The notes: generated by a model not told the origin, from the sequence alone. Shown: positions 26,985 to 41,246, counted from the first letter of the whole stretch. The stretch is DNA of 63,958 nucleotides, filler included, from Choristocarpus tenellus KU-1152 (GCA_964200185.2; 14 parts of 14 records of this genome joined end to end with filler, not necessarily neighbours in it), one strand, 5' to 3'. Numbers and translations: made by a program.

Positions 26985-28720
26985 TTTGGTGTACAATACG
27001 CACCGTGGATCTTTCAAAGTTTCATGTCTGAAACTTCTTCCACAATCGATCCTAGCTCTGAGTTGGTATATTTAGACCATCTTGTTTTAGCTTCTCCACC
27101 GTGGACACAACATAAACAGTTAATCACTACAGTACCATCAACGTTACAAACGATAGGAGTTAGGTTAAAGCCGTCCAAGGCTCAATTTGGCTCAAAGCAA
27201 AATCCATTAGTTGGGACATGATGTTAGCCCACAAGGAATAGCTATATCACAAGCTCGTATTGAAGCTATTTTAAACATGCAGCATCCCCCTCAAACGGTG
27301 AAGGGTTTGCAATCATTCTTAGGTTCTATAAACTTTGTTAGGAAATGAATTGCTCACCTAGCAAGCGTAACAGAACCGTTAGTTGAATTGATTCGCCATA
27401 CACAAAAGGGAGGTTCAAAAAGGGATGACCCCACCCCAAAGAAATCAAGAAAAGATCAAAGTGATATATCCTCTAGATGGAATAGACCACAACAAACTGC
27501 TTTTGACAAGTGCAAACGAGTTTTAACCATGACTCCAACCCTACGCTTCCCTGATTTTTCTAAGGAATATTTTTACATCTTGATGGTAGTAATGTTGGGA
27601 AAGGGGCGTTTTTGGACCATAATAATGATGATGGCAATTTTGATACAATTGCATACCATAGTGCCAAAGACTATATATTTGGGGTAAACACTTCACATTT
27701 ATTCGTGATCATTCTGCCTCACGGTGACTCCATACGATGCAAGACACGTCCAACCTGTTAACTCGGTGGGCTCAAGCAATTCAAAGTTTTGATTTTACCA
27801 TCCCTCGTATGCCTGGCAGATTACATCCCAGAGATGTTGTCACGTCCTCAACTGGAAGAATTCTGTAAACCTGATTCTGAACCAACACACCTAACCCCTG
27901 TATGTCGGAAAGTTGGAACAGAAACCACTGATGGAACTTCTGAAGGAAGTAAGGCATAACCAGCCCACTAATTGTCTGTGGATCGATTAGGTAAAATCAC
28001 TAGGGTGGCAAATAACTCTGAGGTCTTTGTTAGCTCCATAGATGTTTTTCCAGTAATTGATACTGAATTCCTAGTCAAGGCCCAACATGATCCAGTTTGG
28101 AGCATATTTTTAATACCTGGTAGACCTGAGAAATGCAACATTACCCAATAAGGAAACTGCCTACACCATGTCATATTTTTCACACAAGAGAGAGAGAGAG
28201 AGAATGCCCTACTTGATGATAAAGTTGCAGGTCATGACTCAAAGTATCTCGGGGAGGGTGGTGTGGCTGTCCATCCGGAGCCCACATTCATTATTGCCCT
28301 TTTTGCAGTTAGCACACAATACGGCCTATAATACCACTGTTCAGGAAACTCCATTTTTCTCTTGTTTGGAAGGCACCCAATTTTACCGATTGATCTTATT
28401 TTGGGGATCCCTGAGGCCACCCCCAGAACCGAACAAGAATACAGTACAAGAACAGTGGAGAATTTACAGCTAGCTTACGAATCAGCGTGGCGCAATATTG
28501 GTGAGATGGCACAAAGGAACCAATCTAAGAATGTGGATCATAAACTCCCGCTGTATGTACTTGGAGATAAAGTGTGGCTTCACAAACCACAGACTTTATC
28601 TGATGCACCGAACCCCAAGTTATTGTCCCCATGGAGAGGATCTTATGGAGTGAAAGGCACGTGCCTATTAGTCTTCCAATGTAGAGGTCAGTGTTGATCA
28701 TAAGCAAGGTGTAGGAAGAA
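26985..28720 (+). mobile_element. Degenerate Ty3/Gypsy pol (RT, RNase H, integrase C-terminus), frameshifted and internally deleted
   Basis: YLDH..RLKPSKAQFG; LQSFLGSINF; QQTAFDKCKRVLTMTPTLRFPDFSK; LQLAHNT..TVQETPFF..FGRHPILPIDL; KLLSPWRGSY (GPY/F motif). Confidence 0.88.
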
Positions 28721-30199
28721 AGACCACTAGCAATTGTTTATATCGGCTTCCCCTTCAAGGACATTGACCGGCCAGTGATGTATGGCACAAAGTCACTGAA
28801 ATACCTGAATGTGCAGAGATGGTTGCAGCCTATGGGGAGGAACAGGTTGAACTTCCTTAACGTAAGAGCCACTGACCAAGCGATTCCTTGTAAAAGAAAG
28901 ACACCTGCCACTACAACAGCCGAAGAACTTGAACTACCGCCAACCGGATGTCCACCAAATAGCAACCAAGCTTCCTCTAATACATGTGATCCCTCCTGGT
29001 GGACCGGAAAGTGCGAAGAATGCCTGCATACTAGTGGGTTGCTGGCCAGGTGAGATACCGCCAGAGCCCAAAGATAGGAAAGATATTTCTTTTTCACTGT
29101 CAAGATGGCGGAAGCAATGCCGATAAATTCTTCAAGACCATACCATAGGTCAGTCTGGGTGGTATTTCGAGCTTATCTATCAGCTGACTCGGGGCTCGTG
29201 GGTAGAAAGATAGCTCTTATCTGGAGACACAAACACAGGTTGATCCTATCTGTGAGAATCATACATATTATTCAAAATATTATTCTAACAAATCTATAGT
29301 ATATTGTTCCATTTTCTTTTTTTTCGCACGAGAAAAAACAAATGCGCACACAACAAACATTCAAAGTCCAACTTTCTGGTTGTCCAAGAACCTTGGAGGC
29401 AAGTTGTTGTACGAGAGGTGACAAGTAAGAGACGATGAGTTTTCCAATCACTCTTGACACTATCCCCACAACACTCCCCAATCTATTACTTGGTGTACCA
29501 AAGCTGTGCTGATCCTAAGGTTCATCCACTTGGATCCCCAGAGGCACGTAGGAGACAGACAGGCAGGTCCACGCCATTTCTCTCGCCGCGATTTCCGACT
29601 GTTAATACAGATTTTCTCTTGGACTAGAGGGCGACCTAGAACTCATCCCCACCAGTGGTCCACCCATCATTTTTCTTTTCTTTTCCCTGAGTTGATTCAA
29701 CCAGGATGATATTTTCATTTTTTCCCTCCCGAGCACGGACCTGTCCGACATGACGTGCTGGCCAGCGACCTTTATGTTTGTATTGGATAGAATCCGCACT
29801 GGGGGGGAGTGTAATGTCAGGGAAAGGTTCCTTTTTGGGATCTCCAACACACACATTTTGTGGATATGACGCGCGGCTATATACATATGCGCACGCCAAC
29901 CAAGTCATTGGAACTTGCCCGTACCGACCAGCCCATACAAACAGACAAACTCATAAGATCCGGATTTCACCGAACATTCAGAAGGACTGTCGGGACAAAG
30001 ATCCATTCCGATTCTAACTGATCGATCTTCCTGCTGTGACGTTGCTCAGTCATTCTGTGACCTCCGTTGCTCATTGAGTTTTCTGTTCTGTTCTGGATTT
30101 CCTCAACTGACTTTGAGATGTTGGACCAAGACCGTGAAGCTCGGTCCCACCCTTTGAGGCGGAAGAGTTTAGTCTAGTGATCGATCATGATTGCCCCCT

Positions 30200-31200
30200 T
30201 TTGCAGAGAGCTTTGGCACCTTGACACTTCCACATATAAATTCAACGGGTGCACGCGAGCGAGTCGTTACTGGTATTAAGAAGGAGTTTATATGTTGGTA
30301 AGGTGGAATTGGTATTGGGTATAGAGATAAAAAATAGAGACAATGAACCAAGGATGGTCGAGTGGGTTCTCTCTACCGGTCTCCAATGGTTGGTTGTTGA
30401 AAGCTGATATAAACTTTCACATAGAGTTGTCATTATCAGAGGCAGAGCATAAATGAAATTGTTCCCTGTGCTGAGTTGGACCTGCATAGGGCCACAAGTT
30501 GAGGAAGAAGTCAACGTCAATGCAGAGGCCTGCAGAGCACGTTTTGGAGGGGTTATGACGAGATGTTTTGGTGTGGTGGTTGAACTCTTCGTGAATATCA
30601 AACAAGTATCCAAGAAGCCTCACTGCCAACGGATGTGCTTGTTCTTCGTCTTCGAGGACAGAGAGGGTATGACGCCAACCTCAAGGTGAATTTTCGTCGT
30701 TAGATCAGTACATCGTGAAGTGGAATGTTGACACCCGAACCCTTGTCCCCGTCTGCCTAGATTGCAGTTGTTGAGATTGTACATTTTCGTTCGCAATTGG
30801 CTGATGGTATCGCTCTTCCTGTCTCTCAGACGGCATTGCGAATACTGTTTGTTATGAGTCTTGCATCATCTGCAAAGGTTTCGAGATGACGTTGCTACCC
30901 TCCCAGGTGTAAAATTCTTTGTCAGTGATGCCACATACCCATGAACCAATCCACTTCTTGCCCTTTTCCTGGAATCAGTCCGCATCAAGACTAGGATTAA
31001 TTCAACTGCTTCCACTCTCAAGCAAGAATAACAGTTTCAATGGGCTATTGTTGTGGTTGTGCGTACGTGGGGTATCCTGTGGAAGCTGCTGGAGATGGTT
31101 GTGCCCATAGCAACGGAGTTTATTCACGCTTGTATTCGGCTTGACAACTTCTTCCGTAGGTGTGGCATCCCTGTCCCTTCTCTGTGAGGATGCAACGAGC
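30200..31200 (-). mobile_element. Probable decayed retrotransposon gag region
   Basis: Fragments such as RQTGTRVR and HLVITPPKRALQASAL resemble Retrotrans_gag; many stops and frameshifts. Confidence 0.35.
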
Positions 31201-31824
31201 GAGAGGTATCCAAGGATGGAGAATTCAACCCGAACCTGTGGGCGGGTTGGAGGGGTGCAACGGGGTAATCTCAAAATGACACCAATACACCTAACGTCCA
31301 CAATGATGTAAGGGTTCAGGTTAGAGTATGGGCTATCACTTGCTAATGACGCAACATAGAACACAATGTGACCGGGAGGCCAGCAGGTTGATCAGTTGAG
31401 ACCTGAAGCAAGTTCGTATCTTGACTTGTGACTGCATCTATGTGCAATGGGGAGGGTTATTGTCACATGAACGGCACCCCCACTGGCCGCAAGTATTGAG
31501 GGAGAATTGCCCAGCAAACATGCGTAGGTTCCAAGGGAGATTGTGGAGAAAAAGGATTAGGTGTGGGTGATGAATCGCTTCATACATCGCCTTCTGTAAT
31601 TTTGAGGTGGTTAGGTTTAACATGTATGGGCCTCATCTCAGGTGACCCCGAGCGACATCTATTTTTTGCAGGATAGTTTTCCACAATTGTCTGAGTGACC
31701 TGGGGTTGGTGTGGGTGTTCCCCCTCCTATCACTCCCTTCTCTTTGGATGTATGGTGGGCCCTGAGGGAATGGTGCGCATTCTTGACCTGAAGCATGTTG
31801 CTGATTGAAGGCAGCATGATACGT

Positions 31825-31870
31825 GGGTCAAAGTATCTGGGGGGGGGGGGGGGGGGGGCGGGGGCCCTCT
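31825..31870 (+). mobile_element. Terminus variant GGGTCAAAGTATCTGGG (B-prime). Also at 41823 and, reversed, at 36027-36047; related GAGTCAAAGTATC at 47433
   Basis: Shares the AAAGTATC core with families A and B, followed by poly-G near contig ends. Confidence 0.7.
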
Positions 31871-34800
31871 TTGTCCCTTTTTTGAATTTTTAATTTTTTT
31901 GTTTGTTTTGTTCTCTCGTGTTNNNNNNNNNNNNNNNNNNNNNNNNNNNNNNNNNNNNNNNNNNNNTTAATTAATTAANNNNNNNNNNNNNNNNNNNNNN
32001 NNNNNNNNNNNNNNNNNNNNNNGGGGGGGGGAAAGGCAGAGGAAGGAGAATAGGTAGTGTTTTAATCAAGGTTTTCATAGGATCTATGTACACAAATAAG
32101 ATCCGCTTAGGATGAGAGCTTCTGGAAGGCTTGCCTGTTGTCACAGTGGTCTTCTGAGCACGGAATTTCAACAAAGCTACTCTGCCCTTGGTATCAGCAA
32201 AGCTAATAATGGAGCAATGGACGAACCATTGCGAGCAGCATCCTTGTACCGATGGAGGTTCTCGGGCAGCATGAGAGCATGGGGGGTGGGGGGTAGGGAA
32301 GGAACAAGTACATTGCAATAGGCCGGTTTGGACAAGATTTCATTATGCTTTACATTATAAAAACTTGATTAAGTGGGGTAAAGTGGGAAGTAGCTCGTTT
32401 AGACTACTGCATGTTTTCTCATTGACTCTCTGAGGGTGGCCCTCAACCTATAGCCAGTCAACACCCAACTGCAGAACTGTAGTCTTTATTACCATAATAC
32501 TGTAGTAGAAAAAATAATTCAGCATGCTCAGGACATACTCTAGCTAAACATTCCAATTATTCACCTGCCTTCCTATAGCCCACTAGCGCACCTTCATTGC
32601 CCACCCGAACATCAGTCCAAGCATACCCGCTGATATTCTGAGCAGCTGTCCCACCGTAAGCTTGGTTTGAAGCCTCCCCCCATCGTTTGGGCTGTCTTCA
32701 TCGATGAGGTCCAGAAAATGATTTGGTGATTCATGATCCTCGATCTGAAGGGTTGAAAACATACATGTGCGACATGCAGACGACAGGGAACCATTTTCTA
32801 CTCTTGTGAGGAAAATACAAGGTCTCCGACAAGCACAGCTAAAGGTGTCCGATCCTACACTGCCCTACACTATCGTAGCCAAGGAGGCGAGGCAGGTGAG
32901 CATGTCCTGCCATGAGAAGGCGTAGATTTCACCGTTCACCGAACTACCCAGCGCAAGGGGGTAGGGATTAGAGATACGAGGTAGAAGTCCCCCCAGTGGC
33001 TTCCAATTGTTTCAACCGATCTTCTCGCCTACCTTGTTCTCCGAGGAGGCTGAGGACATGGCAGTTGGATTTTTTTAGTACTAGTTCCTGGAGAAATTGC
33101 GACGAGTTGATGCCCACGGAGCGTACAGCACCCAAATAGAACAAACCAAAGGTAATTCAAAGAGATAGGATTAAGTCCAGGGTGTCCACGATAGACAATG
33201 AGCGAGACTATAGGTGGTGCAATATATATGTATCAGAATCCAAGTGTTCTTGTTGAGAGAGATTTTCATGTCCAATGTAGACATAGGGATATAATATCAC
33301 GCTTTCACGCTTCCAACAACGATAATAGTCAAAATCAAAGTTAACGGAGGTCAATACGCCTCATACGAACCTTCCAACGAGAGGAGGTAGACAGTTGTGT
33401 TGTGAGCTGTCTCGAAGAGCAGAAATTTTCTTGTATTTGAGACAAGCGGATGGGATAAAGAACAGCGACAAGGGGAATCCTAACGTACCACGAACAGGAA
33501 CCACTTTCGCCACAGGACTAAGTTGTTTTATCGTCACGAAGGAAGCAAGCGTGCCCTGTTAAAGGAGCTAATGCATGAGCCGATTGCCAATCCAAAATGA
33601 TGAGAATCGATGTAAACATGGATGTTTGGAGTATTTTGATTTTGAAATGTGAAATGTGGTGAATATACAATTGGACCAAATAATATTATTCTTGAAGAAA
33701 AATCATGACAACATATATAAATTATCATATCATATTATCATTTATCATTGAACGATATCGCCCGCCTATCATCACTTTGATTAGAGTTTTTGAAGTGGAC
33801 AATAGTACCCACTTCACTTTGAAAGCACAGGCTTACTGCATTTGGCTGGTGGTATTGGCCTCCATGAGCACCGCGGTTGATTCGATTTTTGCGCTGCTGT
33901 TGTTAGGAGGAGCGACCATTGCTGGGGGCCTCGCCGTGCCCGGCTTTTCATGTCTTGGCAACTTGAAGGTTTGAGACGAAATGGGTTGTGCTTGAAGTAG
34001 TCTATTCAAGATGTTTGTTATGGAGAGTGGATCCAGAGTTTCCTTGAATTCACGGGGTGTGAACTGGTGAGTGTGCCTGATCTGTCTGTGTCAGTAGTAT
34101 GGAAGGCAGTAATTAAAAAGACAACCTGTTGTCGTGGTTTAATTTCAATGCCCAATCCACACTTGTGATCCGAGGTACCAAGACAGTCAACATATTACAG
34201 ACATTTGTCCCTGAGAATTGACCGTGGTCACTTCGAATATCTCCACCCGACCCTTCACAGCCTTCATATTTGTGGTTGTTTCTTGTGAAATATCTGTTGT
34301 GTTGCCCACTTCAACCCACGTCACGTTTTCTAATCGAATTACCTCATGGGTGAAACCATTTCTGAATACTTGTTCTCCTCGACTATTGTAAGAAAAAATT
34401 GACCATAGTTATGGATCGCATAGGTATTGATCTTTTTTTCCCCGCACCTTGTCAGGTTGTGATTTTATCATATATTAGTTCGGTAACCTTTCCATAACCC
34501 TCACTTCCACACACCCCTTCCGTTTCTCCAATACGCATGCAACCTCCTTCTTGCCCAGTCAAATGTGGGGTGCCACCCCTTCCACATCACCTCTTCTATC
34601 ATCTCTTGGGAACCCTTTCCATCACGACGGAGGGTAATCCCTCCCACACGAGCCAAGTGGAATCCTGCAGTGGAAGAAGAACCAGAGCTTTCTGACGACG
34701 AAAACTTGAAGAAGATGAAGGTTGAAGAACTCCTCAAAGATGAATATCTTACTCCAGCAAAGGTCGGTCACCTTTTTGAAGGGAAATAAAGTATCTTGTT

Positions 34801-35881
34801 ATTCCCTCCCACATACACCCTCCAAACTACAGGCCCTCGCCGCCTCCTGCCTTGCCTTCTCCGACACCCCAAGCCACAACTTGTTTGATAGCCATCAATT
34901 CTATCTGTGCGTCAATTGTTCGCACCTGTTGCTGTTGTGTGTATCCATCCCGTTTCACCGTTGATATGTGTCGATGTGTGCGATTGTGTGATTGGGCATC
35001 AGGTCAGCAGATGCTTTCTTTCCCGCCCGATCACATTCTGTCGCGCTTCCTCCTCAGATTGTGTTGTTTATTGCGTAGGAGTTGGGGGTAAGGAGAATTG
35101 TGAACCGAAATATTGTGTGAGAGTTGCATGCGACTGACTCGAAGCGTGCGAAGAGCCGAGCATCACAAGGTGCCTTAAGGTGCCTTTGGAGAAAACAACC
35201 CCCTTACTGCCGTGAGAAAGTTGAAAGCGATTTGAGCAACAGGCATACGCACAGTGAGATAGATAATCAACCAATCAAAACATTTCAACTACGATCTAGA
35301 TTGCTCTTGGATTAAACACATCGCCTTGATTGAATTTCTGCGGTTTTGACAACACTACTGAATACATTTGAGGAATAGATCAGCAAAATGCCTTCCACAA
35401 TAGTGTGTGTACTGTACCGTTCATTCTACCTCAAATTGAGGGAGGGGGGGGAGGGGAGGAGGGGGGGAGGGGGGGAAGAGGTAGCATATCTGCCATCAGA
35501 GAAAGCAGAGGTATAATTTGAAACTTTAATCTCATTTGGAATATTTTGGATCACTGCCAAAAGTCTTACTATTTTGATAACCTAGCACAGAACGATCTTC
35601 ATGGCTATACCGGGTCAGAAAGATTATGCCCACTGACTTGGTCTCCCCACAAACACCACATGAACATCAGGTGAGTCCATGCCTCAGTCATATCTACCTG
35701 CCCACGTGATACCCACTCCTCCCCAACCTGCATGCAGTTCTACATGATTGATTCTAACTTACACCTGCCAGCTCTTACTCATTCCATCTCTCACCCCGCC
35801 CTCCTATTATATTCACATCAACATTATGTCCCTCTCTCAGTCTCCACACCCCTCCACTTCTTCGTCCCCTTAATTAGCCCC

Positions 35882-35926
<45 letters not shown>

Positions 35927-36181
35927 NNNNNNNNNNNNNNNNNNNNNNNNNNNNNNNNNNNNNNNNNNNNTTAATTAATTAANNNNNNNNNNNNNNNNNN
36001 NNNNNNNNNNNNNNNNNNNNNNNNNNCCCCCCCAGATACTTTGACCCACTCCATGAAATGTGCATATCCGCAAGGCGCAGGAGAAACTGTTCTCAAAACC
36101 TGCGACTAATGTAGCTCCAATGAAATATACTTCCGCCAATTTCCGGGAGAAAGCTACAGCTCCTTTTCCTGTCTCTGTCAT

Positions 36182-36707
36182 GAACCAAAACACTTAAGAG
36201 GGTAGGAGTTTGCCCTGTTTGTCCGTTTGGGGCTTGGCTTCCCACGGGCTTCATGTGTCCTTTTTCGGTTTTCTGTGCGAACACGGTTACCAGAAATGTG
36301 TATGATTATGAAAGGTGTGTCCGGAGAGTCATAGTATCTTGGAGGGTAGAGCCGTGTCCGTTTGGGGGTGAAAATCCAATGTTGCGATTTTGATGTAATT
36401 TTGACTCCGTGTTTGTTTGGAAGTATCAGTATTCTTGTTCCGTACACACTTTGTCATAACGCATACATTTTACCTACTCCAAAACATTTTGGAATAGGAA
36501 AATGCCATATAAAAAAACGTGGGAAGCCAAGTCCCAAACAGACAAACAGGGCAGAAGTTGTACCTTCTAAGATACTTTCACTTCGGAGCAAGGATATTGA
36601 CACTTGCTAACAAACATGAAACATGATAGGTAAAATTAGTCAAAATTGAAACATTGGATTTATGATCCCAAACAGATGCAGTCCCACCCTCTTAAAAGCT
36701 TGAACAT
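36182..36707 (-). mobile_element. Older family A copy interrupted by a younger A copy
   Basis: Reverse A body 36182-36325 resumes at 36584 (cggagcaaggatattgacacttgctaacaaac). Confidence 0.8.
36326..36583 (+). mobile_element. MITE family A nested in another A copy in opposite orientation
   Basis: gagtcatagtatcttggagggta...taccttctaagatactttcactt; TSD cgga. Confidence 0.9.
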
Positions 36708-37327
36708 ATCCTAGTCAAATGTAGGCAGTCGCTTGACACAATATGACTGGACTGAACAGGATATAGAACAGTTCCGTGCACTTTTCTTTGAGCACCAGAA
36801 ATGTTTCTGGGGTAAGCTAGGTTTTTTCCTTAAAATGAAATGTTGCAATTGGCATACCTATTTTGCGTTGTGAAGAGCAAGCTTATAATGCTCGCATCAT
36901 GTACACAGCTGTCCAGCAGCACAATCTGAGAACAGTTCTACTTTCAAGTTACAGCTTTAGATCAAACCTGAGTTAACAACTTTCATCTACACATCCTTCA
37001 AAACCCCTCTTACGAAACTAGCTTTTGATTGCCTTGTACTTTGCATTGCTTGCCCCGACCCTCATTTACACCCCCCTCTACTGCTCCACCTCCAGCAAAC
37101 TGTTTCCCACCATCTACGCAATTCAAGGCCATACCCCATAGTCCACAATATTGTGTAGCAGACCTGTGTGGCAGATGTGTCTGTGATCATGCCCACACAC
37201 ATCTTTAAAAGTATCCAAACCAAAAGTGAACATCCCGGTACCTATCCTTCAAACTACCCCCTACCTAAACTGGAGGAATGCCATCAAAACATGCCTTTCA
37301 TTTGTACCAAAAAGGGCTTCTCCTCAC

Positions 37328-40300
37328 CTTCCCATCCTTATTGAGCACTACCTTGCTTGGTGTATAGACTAGCTCAAAGTCATGCATGTGACACTCGGCA
37401 TCGTTATTCATCCCTGTGCCTGCAGACCAGATTTTCCCCTTCCTCTTACTGGGTCCTGGACCAGCATAGATGCCCAACTCCCCACACGGACTCAACTATA
37501 TTGTGCATGGGAGTAGGGATACAAGGGGAGGGTAGGTGCAAGAGAGAGAGAGTAAGAAATTCGGGTCTGCCACCATCTTCAGGGTATGGATAGAGCTAGA
37601 GATAGAGGGTAGCAGGGGGGGTTAGGGCTTGACGTTGGACTTGGGGATTGGATTTGGGTCTATAATAGGTATATGGTGTTTTATTGCTTGAGGTTGAGTG
37701 AAAGCATCTTAGAGGGTACGAGTTTTCCCTGTTTGTCCATTTGGAGATTGACTTCTCTCAGGTTTTTAATGACATTTTTACTACTTTGAAATGTTTCGGA
37801 GTAAGTAAAATTTGTATACATTATGAAAAGGTGTGTCCAAAACAAGGATATTGACACTCCCTAACAAACACGATAGCAAAAAATTACATCAAAATCGCAA
37901 CATTGGATTCTGATCCCCAAATGGATGCGGTTCTACCCTAACCCTAAGATACTTTGACTCGTTGATTGTGTTGTATGTGAGATGAGGGGTCAAGAATCTC
38001 GGACTGGTAATTTGTGCTTCTTGTTGTGTCATATCTGGAAATGGATCAGATACACAAGATTCAAGTTGACTTCGAAACACAAGCAAGCTATAGCTACAAT
38101 AAATACCATTCTGGAGATCAGTTGAAGGTGTGGGAATAGAAGGTGCTTTCAGGTTAAAAATGTTATCTAAGAATGACACAAAATATAGATTGTTGCAATG
38201 GAGGTCTTGTTCTACCTCTGTGCCATAAGTTTGTGCCGCGAAACAACTGGGCTTGTTGAGCAAGAACAGCGCCGAATCGGACAATAAACCCACAGAATGA
38301 AATCGGTTGACAATCTCAGCTTTCAGAAAAGGTGGGGGTCGAGGATCATCAGGTACAAACTCGATGTGCTTCAAGCCGTCAAAGTAGGGGTCTTTTGGGG
38401 AGAGTTTGGGGTCAGAACTGGGCACGTCGAGGGTCAGAACGTTGGCAAGGCAACCCCCCCGTCGATCCCCCTGCGTAGGAAGGGTGCCTAAGTGTACCCT
38501 GAATACCAGGGTTGCACTTGCAGTACAGCACGCCCTTGCGATGGTCCCTGGTGAGCATAAACTGCCTCAGCACGTTGGGCTGACCCTCACAGCAGAGTTT
38601 GGAGTATCCAAGCGTTACATGTGAGGGGTCTGGGAGGACATCACTGATCAGCTTGCAGGTGGCCACACGCTTGACCTAGGGGTGGCAGCACGTAGCTGGC
38701 GGCCTTCGGAGCTCACACCGTTCAAGATGGCCGCAATACATAGTATCAACTCCGATAATCGGTCGTCCACAGTGCTTCAGGTGACAATGGAGATGCCCGC
38801 CAAGGGGCCGAATAATAGCACGAGCACCATAAACAGGTGGTTGGATGATATGGGGGCCATACCAAATCACCGCTGGGTCAAACCTGCACTTAAATCGCGG
38901 CAAAAGGTATGAAGAATGGACTTTGGTTGTGATCAAGAGGACAGGAAACATGGTGTGTACGGCTCCATGTGGCTGAAACCTGGTTTACTTGATGGCCGAT
39001 GGGGAAATAGTTAGGGTATTTCCGCATGAGGATAATAGCGATCTTCCAGGATCCCCTACTGTGCAGCACTAGAGTCATACCCCCAAAACTATGATCATTG
39101 TAGCCATCACCCACCCACATTCGGCTCACAGCTTTGATGGAAAGCTTGATGTTTGGCATGTGTGCGTGCCAAAAACGGCAGACAGGACAAGCAAGAACCA
39201 TAAAAAGGGGATATGTATGAGCAGGACTGTACTTTTAGATCATTTGTGGTACAGGAAGTGGTACACGGAGGAGTTTCTGCCTGCAATCAAGACCAAGATG
39301 CCTTGGTTGCAGGGGAAGCGCATTGTCATTCAACAAGACCGTGCCACCCCCCACACGGGCAAGGGCAGCTCAGAAATCTTGTCAGGGGCAGGGAAGACTG
39401 AGGGGTGGTGGGTTAGGCTTGTGATGCAGTCATCTAACTCCCCCAACCTCAATATCATGGACCTGTGCTTCTTCAGGTCTTGGAAATGCCGGGTGATGGA
39501 GGAGCGGTTTGGGTCCCTCAAGGAGATAGTGAAGGTCATTAAGAAACAGTATGAGCAGTATGATGACACCACACTTGAGAGTGCCTGGCAAGCTCCTTTT
39601 TGTAGTGTACGATCAAGTACTTAGATACAAAGGGGGGAATGACTTCAGTGTGGAGCACACAGGGGTAAGGAAGAGGCAGTTGTCTGGAGAGGTTGAAAGC
39701 ACACTGAAGGTAGATATGGGGACTTTTTCTGTGGCTGATGAAATTGTGATGGATGGGGAGTAATAGTAGTAGAAAGAGCTGACCCTAACCACAAATTCTT
39801 CAAGGATTCTAAATCTTCTTTCAGAAATGAATTTTATGAACATTTTCAAAAGATATGAACAACGCGGCACAGACCTATGGCATGGAGGTAGTATATTTTG
39901 AGAAAAGTGCACTCCTTTGTTTTACGTGTGTGTGCTAACTGCGATAGTATACTTCTAGTAGTACATGGTAGCTCTGTCGAGTTATTGGCAACTAAGATAC
40001 CATCAACTCGACTCCATTCTCCCAATAGGGAAAATAGTTATTTGTAACAATCATACGAGTATTCAGAAAGATGTTAAGTTGTCATACAGCAGTGGGTCCA
40101 GGAATTGGGAAGGCTTTTTGCTCATTCCTGTGTACTGCTAAAGCACAGCACTACTGCCAAAAGAAGCAATCATTCCAAAGCTAGACCAATCATGCTCTCT
40201 TCAGACTGAAAGTAACGAATTGAAGGGCATAGGATGGGCTTTTCCAACTCCAATCCCCCCGCCTCTACACAAACCCTCCTGCCTGCCCCCACCCTGTCCC

Positions 40301-41246
40301 GCTTCCGTTGGTCTTACCTCTAAAAATTTGGGCTTGCACCCAAAGCTGAAGGGGCCTGTGCAGGAAGTAATGTACTCGCCTCCTCCCAAACGCTCACCAG
40401 GGAAGAGAGGGGCATTCCGCTTTATCAGCCTGGTACCATCGCCTCTCCTGGTATTCACACAAGATGAGCATATATTCCATGTTGACCACACCCATAACCA
40501 AGGAGAAATTTGAGTTTATTTTGATTTGTTCCCCGGCTGTACACACACACACACATACACACACAGCTGATGTAGAGGAGGGAAGTTTTGGATGGTGAGT
40601 GGCATTGGGCTGGAAATATGTGAAACTCTATGTGGTGTTCAATGCTGCAAACTCTACTCTTGACCTCTACGAAATCTCTACTCAGAGAACTCGCTCTTGG
40701 CAAACTAAAACGCTTCTCAGTGTTGCTGCAGAGGGTGAAACTACTAGTTTGAGGCAAGTCATGTACTTCGATCGATTTTTTTTTGTATTATTATTGTTAT
40801 TATTATTATTATTATTATTGTTATTATTATTGTGTTGTTGTTGTTACTACTATTATCATACACAGTAGTTGAGGATTTTAATGATAATTTTTTAATGTGG
40901 CATAGATAACGAACCAATAATTTGCAACAGCTTGCGAGAAAATATTTTGTTAAAGGAGAGGAAGAAGTGTAGAAGACGAGGGGGCTATTGGGAATATTTG
41001 TTGCTTGAGCCCATGAAGATCCAACACTAGAGGTAGGTGTTGCCCTGAGCAGTTTCAAGAACAGTTGTCAGAAAGATGTTTGGTTCCGATGCCTGAGTGG
41101 GGACAAAAAATGACCCCACAAGATATTGAAAGGCCCCGTGTGGTTTACTGATTCTTTAAAAATGGCATGAAAAGATAAGATCTTACCAAAAGAAGAGAGT
41201 CACTGCCAGGAACATCACCAGCACTGACACTACCCCCAGCAAAGTC
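37328..41246 (-). CDS. Putative membrane-anchored protein with a bulb-type-lectin-like domain; exons 41187-41246, 40318-40447 and 37328-37495
   Basis: Three GT-AG exons splice in frame: TLLGVVSVLVMFLAVTLFFW|RGDGTRLIKRNAPLFPGERLGGGEYITSCTGPFSFGCKPKFLE|LSPCGELGIYAGPGPSKRKGKIWSAGTG... Confidence 0.6.
37696..37960 (-). mobile_element. MITE family A, intronic; one TIR contains an extra CCCTAA unit
   Basis: gagtgaaagcatcttagagggta...taccctaaccctaagatactttgactc. Confidence 0.9.
38890..39763 (+). mobile_element. Tc1/mariner transposase pseudogene (plant/oomycete DD39D-like), intronic and antisense to the host gene
   Basis: WFYL..., PKTMIIVAI..P...FDGKLDVW, IVIQQDRATPH, LVMQSSNSPNLNIMDLCFF, frameshifted C-terminus ...VLRYKGGNDF. 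Confidence 0.85.

Noticed and set aside
35881-35926. Long poly-C/poly-G tracts and the poly-Pro ORFs they produce
   Set aside because: These are homopolymers at contig ends with unreliable length, and they are probably the cause of the assembly breaks
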